This document shows, piece after piece, positions 45,408 through 54,883 of a stretch of 64,000 nucleotides of DNA; positions within the stretch are counted from its first letter, which is position 1, and each line of letters starts with the position of its first letter. Source of the DNA: an uncultured Lachnospiraceae bacterium (lineage in GTDB: Bacteria; Bacillota; Clostridia; Lachnospirales; Lachnospiraceae); NCBI GenBank assembly GCA_964602475.1, contig CAZRRN010000008.1, positions 2,908-66,907 of the forward strand, read 5' to 3'. The notes under the pieces are model-generated. The model did not search any database and was not told the DNA's origin. It saw only the letters and a list, made by a program, of their open reading frames with translations. The translations under genes were made by a program, and so were the position numbers.

Positions 45408-46871
45408 ATGAAAAAGGTATTTAAAAGAGTACTTGCTGCAGCACTGATTGCAACAATGGTTATCTCACTTGCAGCATGTGGCGACAACAGCAAAGACGAC
45501 GGCAAAGTAACAATCAATGTTTTCAGAGATACGTTTAACCTTGCCAACGCGGACACAAAGGAAGTGAAAGCAGTAGAAGATGCGATTAATGCTTACATCG
45601 CAGACAAGATTGATGTAAAGATTACCCTGACCGATATCGGCAGTGGTGAGTACAAAGACAAAGCACAGCTTGCTCTTAAGAACAACGAAATCAATCTGCT
45701 TTGGACTGCAAGCTGGATGGAACTGGTTGGATGTGATGATGTATACAAGGACAATTCCGTATATGATATCAGTACACTTCTTAAGGGATCGACTTTATAC
45801 AATTCTATACCGGAATCAATCTGGGCAGCAAGCCGTTACGACGGAAAAGATTATTTTGTTCCTTGTTACAAAGAGTCTGCAGAAGGCTATGAATTAATGT
45901 TCCGTACCGATCTTATCGAGCTTTACGGATGGGATATCTCCAATATTTCTTCCTTAAAGGACATCGAGCCTATGCTTGAGGATCTGAAGAATGCAGGAAA
46001 CATCAAATATCCTTACCTGACTCAGAAGACAGCAATGTTCCACAGATATTATCTGGACGATTTTGATTTCTTCACACAGGAAAGCTTTGTTGCAGTTGAC
46101 AGAGACACCAATGAAGTTGTTAACAGTGTTCAGTCTGCAGAATACAAAGAGTTCGTAACCTTGATGGCTGAATGGCATGAAAAAGGCTACTTAAGCGAAG
46201 ATGATGCAACGAAGCAGACCACAGATACCACAACACAGTCAAAGGATTGGGGTATTTCATGGTGGACCAGCGTTCCGAACAACGACGAAGCAGATTCACG
46301 TTACAAACAGTCAGTAGATATGGCACAGATTACCGATAAGTATGCTCACTCTACAACAACTCTTGGCTCCTGCTTCTGTGTAACCTCAAACAGTACCGAA
46401 GCACAGGCTAAGGCTTGTGTTGATTTCCTTGGTCTCCTTTACACCGACAAGGCTCTTGCTGACCTTTATACCTTTGGTATTGAAGGTACCGACTATGACT
46501 TAGTTAATGGTAAGGTTGTTAAGAAGGGTGACATGTACAACCACAGTGCTTGGGAATCTTGTAATGTACTTTGCCTGTCTCTGACATCTGATGAGCCGGA
46601 CGAAAAGGTTCAGTTATACAAGGATTTCAACAACGCAGCAGTAGCATCCTGTGCAGCTGGATTCCGTTATAATGTAACTCCTGTTGAAGCAGAATTTACA
46701 GCATGCCAGACAGTATTTGAAGAGTACGGATTTATTCTTGAGAACGGTGGTATTGCTTCTGCTGATATCGATGCAACACTTGCAGCATATCAGACAGCAC
46801 TTGATGCAGCCGGATATCAGAAGGTTCTTACTGAGTTCCAGAATCAGTACAACGAATGGAAGAATCAGTAA
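45408..46871 (+). CDS. extracellular solute-binding lipoprotein (LplA-like, family 1 SBP) of the sugar ABC transporter
   Basis: Lipobox ISLAAC|GD, a size of ~487 aa and co-orientation with the two permeases. No ATPase gene lies in the operon, which is typical for MsmK-sharing systems. Confidence 0.85.
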   Translation: MKKVFKRVLAAALIATMVISLAACGDNSKDDGKVTINVFRDTFNLANADTKEVKAVEDAINAYIADKIDVKITLTDIGSGEYKDKAQLALKNNEINLLWTASWMELVGCDDVYKDNSVYDISTLLKGSTLYNSIPESIWAASRYDGKDYFVPCYKESAEGYELMFRTDLIELYGWDISNISSLKDIEPMLEDLKNAGNIKYPYLTQKTAMFHRYYLDDFDFFTQESFVAVDRDTNEVVNSVQSAEYKEFVTLMAEWHEKGYLSEDDATKQTTDTTTQSKDWGISWWTSVPNNDEADSRYKQSVDMAQITDKYAHSTTTLGSCFCVTSNSTEAQAKACVDFLGLLYTDKALADLYTFGIEGTDYDLVNGKVVKKGDMYNHSAWESCNVLCLSLTSDEPDEKVQLYKDFNNAAVASCAAGFRYNVTPVEAEFTACQTVFEEYGFILENGGIASADIDATLAAYQTALDAAGYQKVLTEFQNQYNEWKNQ

Positions 46872-46890
46872 TCAAGTAACAAAAGGTAAT

Positions 46891-46929
46891 AAAAAAGCAG
46901 CGAACCGACTCAGGTTCGCTGCTTTTTTT
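46891..46929. terminator. bidirectional rho-independent terminator between convergent genes
   Basis: Stem AGCAGCGAACC/GGTTCGCTGCT with a 6-nt loop, flanked by an A-run on the left and a T-run on the right. Confidence 0.85.
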
Positions 46930-46967
46930 GTAGGACAATAACATCCGAAAATAGCAGTAAAGGCGGC

Positions 46968-48326
46968 CTAGCATACTCTCTTATGAGTCCGCTTATGATA
47001 TAGAAGGATAAAGCAGAGCAGATGTGCAAGAGATGTTAAGCTCCAGGAGATTGGATAGGATACATACAATAATTCAAGTGAAGGCGCACTTTGAAACACA
47101 GTAAAAATCCAAATGATTCGAAAGGCACAGACACCAAGAAGGGTTACAACCATGGGAAGAACGGAATGACCCATTCCTCGAATACTTCCAACCAGGACAT
47201 CCATTGTACCACAGGTAAAATAGGTCGGAAAAATAATACTTATCCGAAGCAGCCCATAAGCGATTACTTCTGCTTCATCATTATAAATACGAAGAAGTGA
47301 ATCACCGAACTGTAATCCGAGAAATCCAAGTCCCAGACCAACAGCAGCTACCATGGAAAGACAAATGATAAGAATTGAACTTATACGTTTATTGTTGCCG
47401 GCACCGGTATTCTGACCGGTAAAGCTGATGGAAGTTTGATGAAAGGCATTCATGGAAGTATAGACGAAGCCTTCCAGATTGCAGGCGGCGGTATTGCCGG
47501 CAACAGCAACGGAACCGAACGAATTGACAGAGGACTGGATAATTACATTGGACACGGAGAAAAGTGCGCCCTGAATTCCTGCAGGAAGTCCGATGCGGGC
47601 GATCTGCAGCATGATTTTTGCGTTGATTCTCATCTTTGACATTGTAAGCCGGTAGCAGGCATTGTCACGAAAAAGACAGAGCAGAACAAGAAATGCAGAA
47701 ATACCCTGCGATATTACAGTGGCAAGTGCAACACCGGCAACATCCATATCAAAGTTTATTACAAAGAGAAGATTCAAAAGGACGTTAACAACTCCTGCTC
47801 CGAGCAGAAAAAATAACGGACGCATGGTATCGCCGACAGCACGAAGAATGGAGCTGCCGAAATTATAGAGCAGCATAAAGGGCATTCCGGCAAAAAAAAT
47901 CCGCATATATATAACAGCAAGATCAAGTACATCCTCCGGAGTTTCCATAAGAATCAGCAGAGGGCGGGCTAGGGAGATACCGACAATACTTAAGAAAATG
48001 CCGCAGATAAGGCTTAGGCCTACTGCAGTGTGTGCTGTCTCGTTTACGCTGCTCTCCTGACCGCCTCCGTAGTATTTTGAAATAAGAACGTTGACACCGA
48101 CCGAAAGACCAAGAAAGACATTTACAAGAAGATTGATCAGTGAACTGGTTGAACCGACCGCTGCGAGTGACTGACGTCCTGCATACCGGCCGACAACCAC
48201 CATATCGGCAGCGTTAAAGAGCAGCTGCAGAATACCGGAAAAGATCAGCGGTAAAGTAAAGAGCAGTATTTTACCAAAAAGAGGACCGTTACACATATCA
48301 ATTTCAAAACTATGGTTTTTTTTCAT
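46968..48326 (-). CDS. MATE family efflux transporter
   Basis: 12-TM protein with MATE N-terminal signature (GPLFGKILLFTLPLIFSGILQLLFNAADMVVVGR) and internal duplication. Confidence 0.9.
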   Translation of the reverse strand: MKKNHSFEIDMCNGPLFGKILLFTLPLIFSGILQLLFNAADMVVVGRYAGRQSLAAVGSTSSLINLLVNVFLGLSVGVNVLISKYYGGGQESSVNETAHTAVGLSLICGIFLSIVGISLARPLLILMETPEDVLDLAVIYMRIFFAGMPFMLLYNFGSSILRAVGDTMRPLFFLLGAGVVNVLLNLLFVINFDMDVAGVALATVISQGISAFLVLLCLFRDNACYRLTMSKMRINAKIMLQIARIGLPAGIQGALFSVSNVIIQSSVNSFGSVAVAGNTAACNLEGFVYTSMNAFHQTSISFTGQNTGAGNNKRISSILIICLSMVAAVGLGLGFLGLQFGDSLLRIYNDEAEVIAYGLLRISIIFPTYFTCGTMDVLVGSIRGMGHSVLPMVVTLLGVCAFRIIWIFTVFQSAPSLELLYVSYPISWSLTSLAHLLCFILLYHKRTHKRVC

Positions 48327-48486
48327 ATCTCTCCGTTTCTTTTTTACAATCCTTAATTATGATGCTTTTTACCAATTGACAGTAACGAAAGCGATAGATC
48401 CGGCTCTTGTATCTGACACTTCTTCTTATCGCTCCATTTTAGCACACAGAGAAGCTTTCGGCTACCGCATTTTCGCAGATTTCATA

Positions 48487-48515
48487 GTGACAAATCGTGA
48501 ATTCTGTGGCATAAT
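48487..48515 (+). promoter_or_regulatory. sigma-A promoter candidate for proS
   Basis: GTGACA (48487-48492), 17-nt spacer, CATAAT (48510-48515), preceded by TGg. Confidence 0.4.
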
Positions 48516-48557
48516 GAACAAAGTCAGTTAATTTATATCTATGGATTGGAGAATGCT

Positions 48558-50279
48558 ATGAAGGTTAGAAATCTGGTCGGGGATCGTTTTAAGGAGCGTC
48601 CGGCAGACTGTATCATTGACAGTCACGCTATTATGATTAAAGGCGGATACATAAAATATGTGGCAAACGGTATTTATTCTCTCTATCCGCCGGCAAAGAG
48701 AATTACTAAGAAGATTGAGAAGATTATCCGTGAGGAAATGGATCGTATTGACGGGCAGGAGGTTCTGTTTCCGGTCGCACTTCCAGGTTCGCTTTGGGAG
48801 GAATCCGGAAGGTATGACAGTGTCGGTGGAGAACTGCTTCGGTTTACCGACCGTAACGGAAGTAAAATGGTTCTTGGTATGACGCATGAAGAAGCTGCAG
48901 TACAGCTGGTACGTGATTATGCCAAGACGTATGCACGTTACCCTTTTATGATCTATCAGATCCAGACGAAGTTTAGGGATGAAGCAAGACCGAGAGCCGG
49001 ATTGATCCGTGTTCGTGAATTTACAATGAAGGATGCGTATTCATTTCATACCTCACAGGAGGATCTGGAGGAATACTATTATAAATGCTATGATGCCTAT
49101 AACAGAATTTTTTCACGGTGCGGAATTCCACAGACGGTCGTTGTTAAGTCTGATTCTGGAATGATGGGCGGCAACATTTCACATGAGTATATGCTTCTGA
49201 CTCCGGCTGGAGAGGATACAATCGCAATCTGTACCGAATGTGATTACAAGGCCAATATGGAAGCAGCAGAGAGTATAACAGACAACACGGAGTCGGCTCC
49301 GGCAGAAGAATTGAAGGAAGTGTCGACACCTCACATGGGAACCATTGAAGAACTGTGCAGCTTTCTGCGAATCAAACCGCAGGATACCTGTAAAGCAGTG
49401 GTTTATCAAAGAAATAAAGATGATTCCTATGTGGTAATATTTATTCGCGGTGATCTTGACGTTAACGAGTCCAAGCTGACCAAAGCGGTCGGAGGTGATG
49501 TTCACACGGCAGTGATTACCGAAGAATCCGGACTGACGGCCGGCTTTATCGGACCCAAGGGACTGCCGTCACATGTGACGGTACTGTTTGACAGGTCATT
49601 ACAGGGACGGAATTCAGTAGCAACAGGCGCGAATAAAGCGGATGCCCATTACGTTGGATTTCAAATTGAACGTGATTATGGTTCGGCAGAATACCTTGAC
49701 CTTTCCAAGATTGTGGAAGGCGGAATCTGTCCGAAATGTGGGAAAAAGGCCATTAGCATTTCCAGAGGAATTGAAGTGGGAAATATCTTCCAGCTTGGTA
49801 CGAAGTATTCGAAAGCAATGGACATGACCTATATTGATGCGGAAGGAGAAAGCCATTATGCAATTATGGGCTGCTACGGAATCGGAGTAGGAAGACTTGC
49901 TGCATCGGTAGCTGAGGTCTGTCATGATGATTACGGGCCAATCTGGCCGATTAACATTGCACCGTGGGAGGTTGAGCTTTGTTGCCTTCGTGTGGATGAT
50001 GAAGCAACCAAGAGCATAAGTGACAGCATATATGATACAATGACAAAAGAAGGAATTGAGGTTCTGTATGACGATCGTGATATTCGTCCGGGAGTGATGT
50101 TTGCGGATGCAGATCTTTTTGGTATCCCTGTCCGCGTCATTGTCAGTCCGAGAAATCTTTTGGAGGGCATGATCGAGATAGTCACCAGAGACAAGAAAAT
50201 ATCCATGAAGGTTCCAAAAGATGAAGTGATGATAAAAGTTAGAGAGGTTCTTTCAGAATTATATCAGGAGTCAAAATGA
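48558..50279 (+). CDS. proS: proline--tRNA ligase (bacterial type with INS editing domain)
   Basis: Class II motifs (FRDEARPRAGLIRVREFTMKDAYSF; GCYGIGVGRL), an insertion/editing domain and a C-terminal anticodon-binding domain. The start is ATG 48558 after GGAG. Confidence 0.95.
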   Translation: MKVRNLVGDRFKERPADCIIDSHAIMIKGGYIKYVANGIYSLYPPAKRITKKIEKIIREEMDRIDGQEVLFPVALPGSLWEESGRYDSVGGELLRFTDRNGSKMVLGMTHEEAAVQLVRDYAKTYARYPFMIYQIQTKFRDEARPRAGLIRVREFTMKDAYSFHTSQEDLEEYYYKCYDAYNRIFSRCGIPQTVVVKSDSGMMGGNISHEYMLLTPAGEDTIAICTECDYKANMEAAESITDNTESAPAEELKEVSTPHMGTIEELCSFLRIKPQDTCKAVVYQRNKDDSYVVIFIRGDLDVNESKLTKAVGGDVHTAVITEESGLTAGFIGPKGLPSHVTVLFDRSLQGRNSVATGANKADAHYVGFQIERDYGSAEYLDLSKIVEGGICPKCGKKAISISRGIEVGNIFQLGTKYSKAMDMTYIDAEGESHYAIMGCYGIGVGRLAASVAEVCHDDYGPIWPINIAPWEVELCCLRVDDEATKSISDSIYDTMTKEGIEVLYDDRDIRPGVMFADADLFGIPVRVIVSPRNLLEGMIEIVTRDKKISMKVPKDEVMIKVREVLSELYQESK

Positions 50280-52714
50280 ACGTGAAACACAAGCTGGGAA
50301 CTCTGTTTTTCCCGCTGACATTTGCATATTACGAGCTATTGTTTCATCTCTTTGTATTCAAAGGGATGGATGCAGACATTGTATTTCCGGTTTTATTCGG
50401 AGCAATTTTCGGATGTGTGGCAGCGGTACTGACAACCGGGTTTTCCAGAAGAATCAATTTATGCCTGTCTTGGATATTATTGAGTCTGGATGCTTTTATC
50501 TGTTGTGGACAGAGGGTTTATTTCTCAGTATTCAAGACGTTTCTGGCACCGACGGCAATTGTTAAAAATGCCGGAGCTGTAACAGAGTTTTTTGGTCAGG
50601 TACTTTACAGTATCTGGCTTTGCTCTGTTTCGGTACTACTGTTTGCTCTTCCGTTTGGAGTACTAGCCGTATTACTTAAGAAACAAATATATGGCGGAAC
50701 GGTCAGCAATCAAGTGACACAGCAAGATGAATCTACGAGCGAAGCGGCAACCGAACTGACAAACGAAGCGGCAACCGAACTGACAAACGAAGCAGCAACC
50801 GAAGAGACGACGGAAGCGGCAACCGAAGAGACAAACGAAGCGGCAACCGAAGAGACGACGGAAGCGGCAACCGAAGAGACAAACGAAGCGGCAACCGAAG
50901 AGACGACGGAAGCGGCAACCGAAGAGACGACGGAAGCGGCAACCGAAGCGGCAACCGAAGAGACGACGGAAGCGATGACCGAACAGGAAGGAGAGCTGCT
51001 TGCAGCATCTGTTGATAAGGCTGCAGAAAACGGAAAAATTGAACAGGATGAGAGCAAACGGCGAAGGAGAGGCGTTCGCACACCTTTGATCTATTTCGCA
51101 GTGGGGATTGTTCTATGTGGTATCGTTGTTGGACTGTTTCCATTATATGATACAGAGAACCATTCTCCAAGGCAGCTGGTTCTGGAGGACTGGATTCAGG
51201 AATTCGGATATCAGAAGCTCGGAGTAGCAGTCAGCGTATGCAAGGATATCGGAGACTGGCTGTTTCAGGCGGAGGGAAATGCAGAAGAGGATATTACTTA
51301 TGTTCCGCTTCCGACTGTGACACCGATAATGACTTCAAGTCCGACACCGGTTGTTTCGTTAACCCCGACAGCTGTACCAACTAAAACAACAACCCCGACA
51401 GAAACGACAGCACCAACTCCGAGTCCGACGGCAGCACCAACTCCGAGTCTGACACCGACGCCAATAGATACTTCTCCGAATATACTTGATATTGATTTTG
51501 CCACATTAGCGGAGACAGAAACAAATGATATTATTAAAAAAATGCATCTTTATTTTTCCCAGGCAGAACCAACGAACAAGAATGAATACACCGGAATGTT
51601 TGAGGGCTATAATCTGATCAGCATCTGTGCAGAAGCCTTTTCTCCTTATGTGATTTCCGAAGAATTAACTCCGACACTATATCGGATGTATCACGAGGGA
51701 TTTCAGTTTACAGATTATTATGAAGGAGTATGGTTCTCGAGTACAAGCGATGGGGAGTATCTGATGGATACAGGACTATACCCGCAGCAATACCGGAGTA
51801 TGGCAAAGTCGGCAGAGAATCTCATGTACTTTTGTCTGGGAAATCAATTTCGAAAGCTTGGATATACAACATTTGCCTACCATAATCATACCTACGATTA
51901 CTACAGCCGAGATTTATCCCACCCTAATATGGGCTACACCTACAAAGGGGAAGGAAATGGACTGGCAGAGCAGGATACCTGGCCGGAATCAGATCTGATT
52001 ATGATGCAGGAAACGCTTCCGGATTATCTGAACGAAGAAAACTTTCATATCTATTATATGACAGTAAGCGGACATAAAGATTATTTGTTTTCAAATAATA
52101 GAATGTCAAAGAAGAACCGTGAACTGGTAGAGGGACTTGATTACTCGGAACCGGTGCTTGCTTATATCGCCTGTAATCTGGAACTGGAGCATGCACTGGC
52201 GTATCTCGTAGAAGAGCTTGAAGCGGCCGGAAAGCTTGATAAGACGGTATTTGTACTGACAGCTGATCATTATCCCTATGGACTGACCAACGAGGAACTG
52301 AATGAGCTCGCCGGAGAAGAACTTGATGAAAGCTTCGGAATATACAAGAATGCATTGTTAATCTGGAATTCGGCAATGGAAGAACCGGTTGTGACAGACA
52401 AACCCTGTTCCAATGTTGATGTGCTTCCGACTGTATCCAATCTGTTTGGACTTGAATACGATTCCCGTCTGCTGATGGGTCGGGATATCCTTTCGGACGA
52501 GCCCGGAATGGTATTTTTCAATAACTGGAGCTTTATCACGGAGCTTTGTACTTACAGCTCGAGAACCGGAGAGTTGATTGTAAAAGATGGAGTCGAGCTT
52601 CCTTCCGGATATCGTAAGACGATAACCTCCATTTTATCCTCCAGATTTGACATGGCAACCAAGCTGTTGAACGAAAACTATTATTCTTACATACCATTGT
52701 TAAGCGGGCAGTAA
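50276..52714 (+). CDS. LTA synthase / sulfatase (alkaline-phosphatase superfamily) membrane protein with acidic repeat and Pro/Thr stalk
   Basis: N-terminal TM helices are followed by EAATEETT repeats, a PT-rich linker and a sulfatase-like catalytic domain (NLISICAEAFSPY...MTVSGHKDY...TADHYPYGL). Its ATG overlaps the proS stop (ATGA). Confidence 0.8.
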   Translation: MNVKHKLGTLFFPLTFAYYELLFHLFVFKGMDADIVFPVLFGAIFGCVAAVLTTGFSRRINLCLSWILLSLDAFICCGQRVYFSVFKTFLAPTAIVKNAGAVTEFFGQVLYSIWLCSVSVLLFALPFGVLAVLLKKQIYGGTVSNQVTQQDESTSEAATELTNEAATELTNEAATEETTEAATEETNEAATEETTEAATEETNEAATEETTEAATEETTEAATEAATEETTEAMTEQEGELLAASVDKAAENGKIEQDESKRRRRGVRTPLIYFAVGIVLCGIVVGLFPLYDTENHSPRQLVLEDWIQEFGYQKLGVAVSVCKDIGDWLFQAEGNAEEDITYVPLPTVTPIMTSSPTPVVSLTPTAVPTKTTTPTETTAPTPSPTAAPTPSLTPTPIDTSPNILDIDFATLAETETNDIIKKMHLYFSQAEPTNKNEYTGMFEGYNLISICAEAFSPYVISEELTPTLYRMYHEGFQFTDYYEGVWFSSTSDGEYLMDTGLYPQQYRSMAKSAENLMYFCLGNQFRKLGYTTFAYHNHTYDYYSRDLSHPNMGYTYKGEGNGLAEQDTWPESDLIMMQETLPDYLNEENFHIYYMTVSGHKDYLFSNNRMSKKNRELVEGLDYSEPVLAYIACNLELEHALAYLVEELEAAGKLDKTVFVLTADHYPYGLTNEELNELAGEELDESFGIYKNALLIWNSAMEEPVVTDKPCSNVDVLPTVSNLFGLEYDSRLLMGRDILSDEPGMVFFNNWSFITELCTYSSRTGELIVKDGVELPSGYRKTITSILSSRFDMATKLLNENYYSYIPLLSGQ
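50741..50980 (+). repeat. in-frame 24-bp tandem repeat x ~10 (EAATE[LE]T[NT])
   Basis: GAAGCGGCAACCGAAGAGAC(GACG/AAAC) units are nearly perfect at DNA level, and they alternate between TT and TN variants. Confidence 0.95.
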
Positions 52715-52753
52715 TGAGACCCATGCAGCACTTCTTTTATAACATATAAAAAG

Positions 52754-52784
52754 GCCGGAGAACCGATTGATTCTCCGGCTTTTA
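52754..52784. terminator. bidirectional terminator between convergent LtaS-like and GH5 genes
   Basis: Stem GCCGGAGAA/TTCTCCGGC with an 8-nt loop, flanked by AAAA on the left and TTTTAAT on the right. Confidence 0.8.
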
Positions 52785-52793
52785 ATCTAATAA

Positions 52794-54674
52794 TTATTTT
52801 CCTTTTACATAGCGGAATGTAATGCTGAAGGTCTCAATATTACCGAGTGTTGCAGGATCAAGTACTGTCGGAGTAAGACCCATCAGAACTCCTCCTTCGA
52901 TACGGGCATTGTCAGGAATCGCAGTAACCCATTGGTTATAGAGATTCGTACGTGTAACGATACCGTCGTCACTGCCGGTATAAGCACGGCCGTTCATGGT
53001 TACCGGTTCACCGTTTATCAGAATTTCCTGAATGGAAATGCAGTATCCCGGATATAGAAGTTCCCCGTTCTGAATTGCCAAAGCGCAGAATACAGTGCTA
53101 TTTGCATAGCCGCCTGCAATTCCTGTGAAATCAAGTGCGACCGTGTAGGTGCCGGCGCCGGTGATTTCAACATCCGTTGCTGTAATACCTGCCGTCTTAG
53201 ACGAAGGAGCATAGGGCTCGCCTACGCTGTACATCGTGTTCCAGTCACTGCTGTTAAACATAATCCAGGCAATTGCCTTATCATCCGGACATGCTGGTGG
53301 ATCGACCGCTGCTTCGGTTGCGGCTTCGATTGCTGTTTTTGCATTTGCTGCAATTTCTTCTGCGGTAAGAGGGGATTGTGCGGTATAGCTCCGATCCGCA
53401 AAAAGGTCAGTCAGCTCATCATCTATGAATGCAAGGTTTTTACGGATAAACAGGGAGCTGCAGTCCCAAAGCATCGGGCAATATCCGTAAAGGTCACAGT
53501 TATTTAAGAAATTGGTAAAATATTCAATCGTATCATCTTTCATACCACCGTCGGAAGCCGGAATAACCGAATACTCACCGATCACGATGCCATAGCCTTG
53601 TTCTGTAAACTTTGTCATCTTTTTCAAAAGGCTGTTTTGCTTCTCGTAATCGGAAGAACTGCCCCAGTTGGCAAGACTTGTGTTAATGCAGTATCCTGAG
53701 GGCTCATAAAAATGAACGGAGAGAAGCAGATGGGCAGCCTCATCCTCCGGCATCTGAAAACGATCATCACAGGTACTGCTGATATCTGTACCAAAACCGG
53801 CAACCAGCAGGAAACGCTGTTCGTTATTGCCACCAGTACTACGTACAATATTGACAAAGGTCTGATTCAGAAGATTGGTTACTTCGTAGCATTCATCTGC
53901 AGAAAGTGTTCCTGAGTCCGGAGCAAAATCAGTATCGTTCAGACGATAGCCAAGTTCCTCGTTTCCGCATTCAAAAATCAGATAGTCCGAATATTCTTTA
54001 TAGCGTTCAGCGATTTGTGTCCACATGGAAGTAAAATGCTCCATTGCTGATTCCCGTACAGACTCGGTTGCGGAACCAAATCTTCCCCACCAGCCGCCGT
54101 CCCAATGATCGTTGACAACAACATACATGTCTTCATTAATAGCGTAGTTGATAATCTCTTCAACGCGGTCAAGATATGCAGTATTAATTGTATAATCACC
54201 ATTTTCAAAGTCCATCATATTCGTCCAGGCCACTGGAATACGAAGGGAATCAAAGCCGGCAGCTTTTAGTGCAGAAATGATTTCCTGTGTGGTCTCCGGC
54301 TGCCCCCAGAATGTTTCATACTGGGAGACATCTGCCTTGATGCCAAGGGAGCTGCGCCCGTATGCTTCCATTGTATTTCCGAGATTAGTACCATTTCCCA
54401 TGAGGGTTACAAGCTCAAGTGAAGTAAGATCACTGCGCATATAACCGGAATCGTTGGTGTAAACACCATTTACCGAAAAATGTTCATATTTTCCCGGAAC
54501 AGCATCTGCACTTTCTGTCGGCGTAGGTACCAAGGATGTAGGATTAGCTGTATCCGTCGGTGCTGTGGTTACGGTCGGTCCGGCAGTCGGTGTCGGCGAA
54601 GCGGGGCTGCTTCCGCAGGCGGTAAGTGAAAGAATCATTGTAAGTGTTAAAATTACTGATAATATTTTTTTCAT
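52794..54674 (-). CDS. glycoside hydrolase family 5 lipoprotein with C-terminal beta-rich (CBM-like) domain
   Basis: Lipobox SLTAC|GS and a PT linker. GH5 blocks: NLGNTMEAY, RIPVAW, VVNDHWDGGWWG, acid/base ECGNEE and nucleophile region VIGEYS. The start is ATG at 54674 (MKKIL), 6 nt after GAGGAGG. Confidence 0.85.
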   Translation of the reverse strand: MKKILSVILTLTMILSLTACGSSPASPTPTAGPTVTTAPTDTANPTSLVPTPTESADAVPGKYEHFSVNGVYTNDSGYMRSDLTSLELVTLMGNGTNLGNTMEAYGRSSLGIKADVSQYETFWGQPETTQEIISALKAAGFDSLRIPVAWTNMMDFENGDYTINTAYLDRVEEIINYAINEDMYVVVNDHWDGGWWGRFGSATESVRESAMEHFTSMWTQIAERYKEYSDYLIFECGNEELGYRLNDTDFAPDSGTLSADECYEVTNLLNQTFVNIVRSTGGNNEQRFLLVAGFGTDISSTCDDRFQMPEDEAAHLLLSVHFYEPSGYCINTSLANWGSSSDYEKQNSLLKKMTKFTEQGYGIVIGEYSVIPASDGGMKDDTIEYFTNFLNNCDLYGYCPMLWDCSSLFIRKNLAFIDDELTDLFADRSYTAQSPLTAEEIAANAKTAIEAATEAAVDPPACPDDKAIAWIMFNSSDWNTMYSVGEPYAPSSKTAGITATDVEITGAGTYTVALDFTGIAGGYANSTVFCALAIQNGELLYPGYCISIQEILINGEPVTMNGRAYTGSDDGIVTRTNLYNQWVTAIPDNARIEGGVLMGLTPTVLDPATLGNIETFSITFRYVKGK

Positions 54675-54783
54675 AATACTCCTCCTCATCATTTTATATT
54701 ATAGAAGCAGAAATTTTTCTTGTCCATTTGATTAGTAGTGGTAAATCACCGCAAGAAATAGAGAATCTGCTGCCTGATACTCG

Positions 54784-54812
54784 TTGACGAACAAAATTAT
54801 TACGGATATAAT
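54784..54812 (+). promoter_or_regulatory. sigma-A promoter candidate for the second MATE gene
   Basis: TTGACG (54784-54789), 17-nt spacer, TATAAT (54807-54812). Confidence 0.5.
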
Positions 54813-54883
54813 TTATTGCATGTTAGCCATATTTATTAGGCACCCGTCAGGATTATGAGAAATCGAAGAAATGAGATAACGTT

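Noticed and set aside
48327-48557. T-box leader upstream of proS, and likewise upstream of lysS at 62426-62542.
   Set aside because: Both leaders are too short. Neither contains an AGAGA/GNUGGNA-type stem I feature, a specifier-loop context, or the conserved T-box sequence with a terminator/antiterminator pair.
50741-50980. Regularly spaced direct repeats that could be mistaken for a CRISPR array. The same question applies to 39141-39320.
   Set aside because: - The units are 24 bp and 15 bp with no unique spacers.
- They are exactly in frame within long ORFs and encode acidic peptide repeats.
- No cas genes are nearby.
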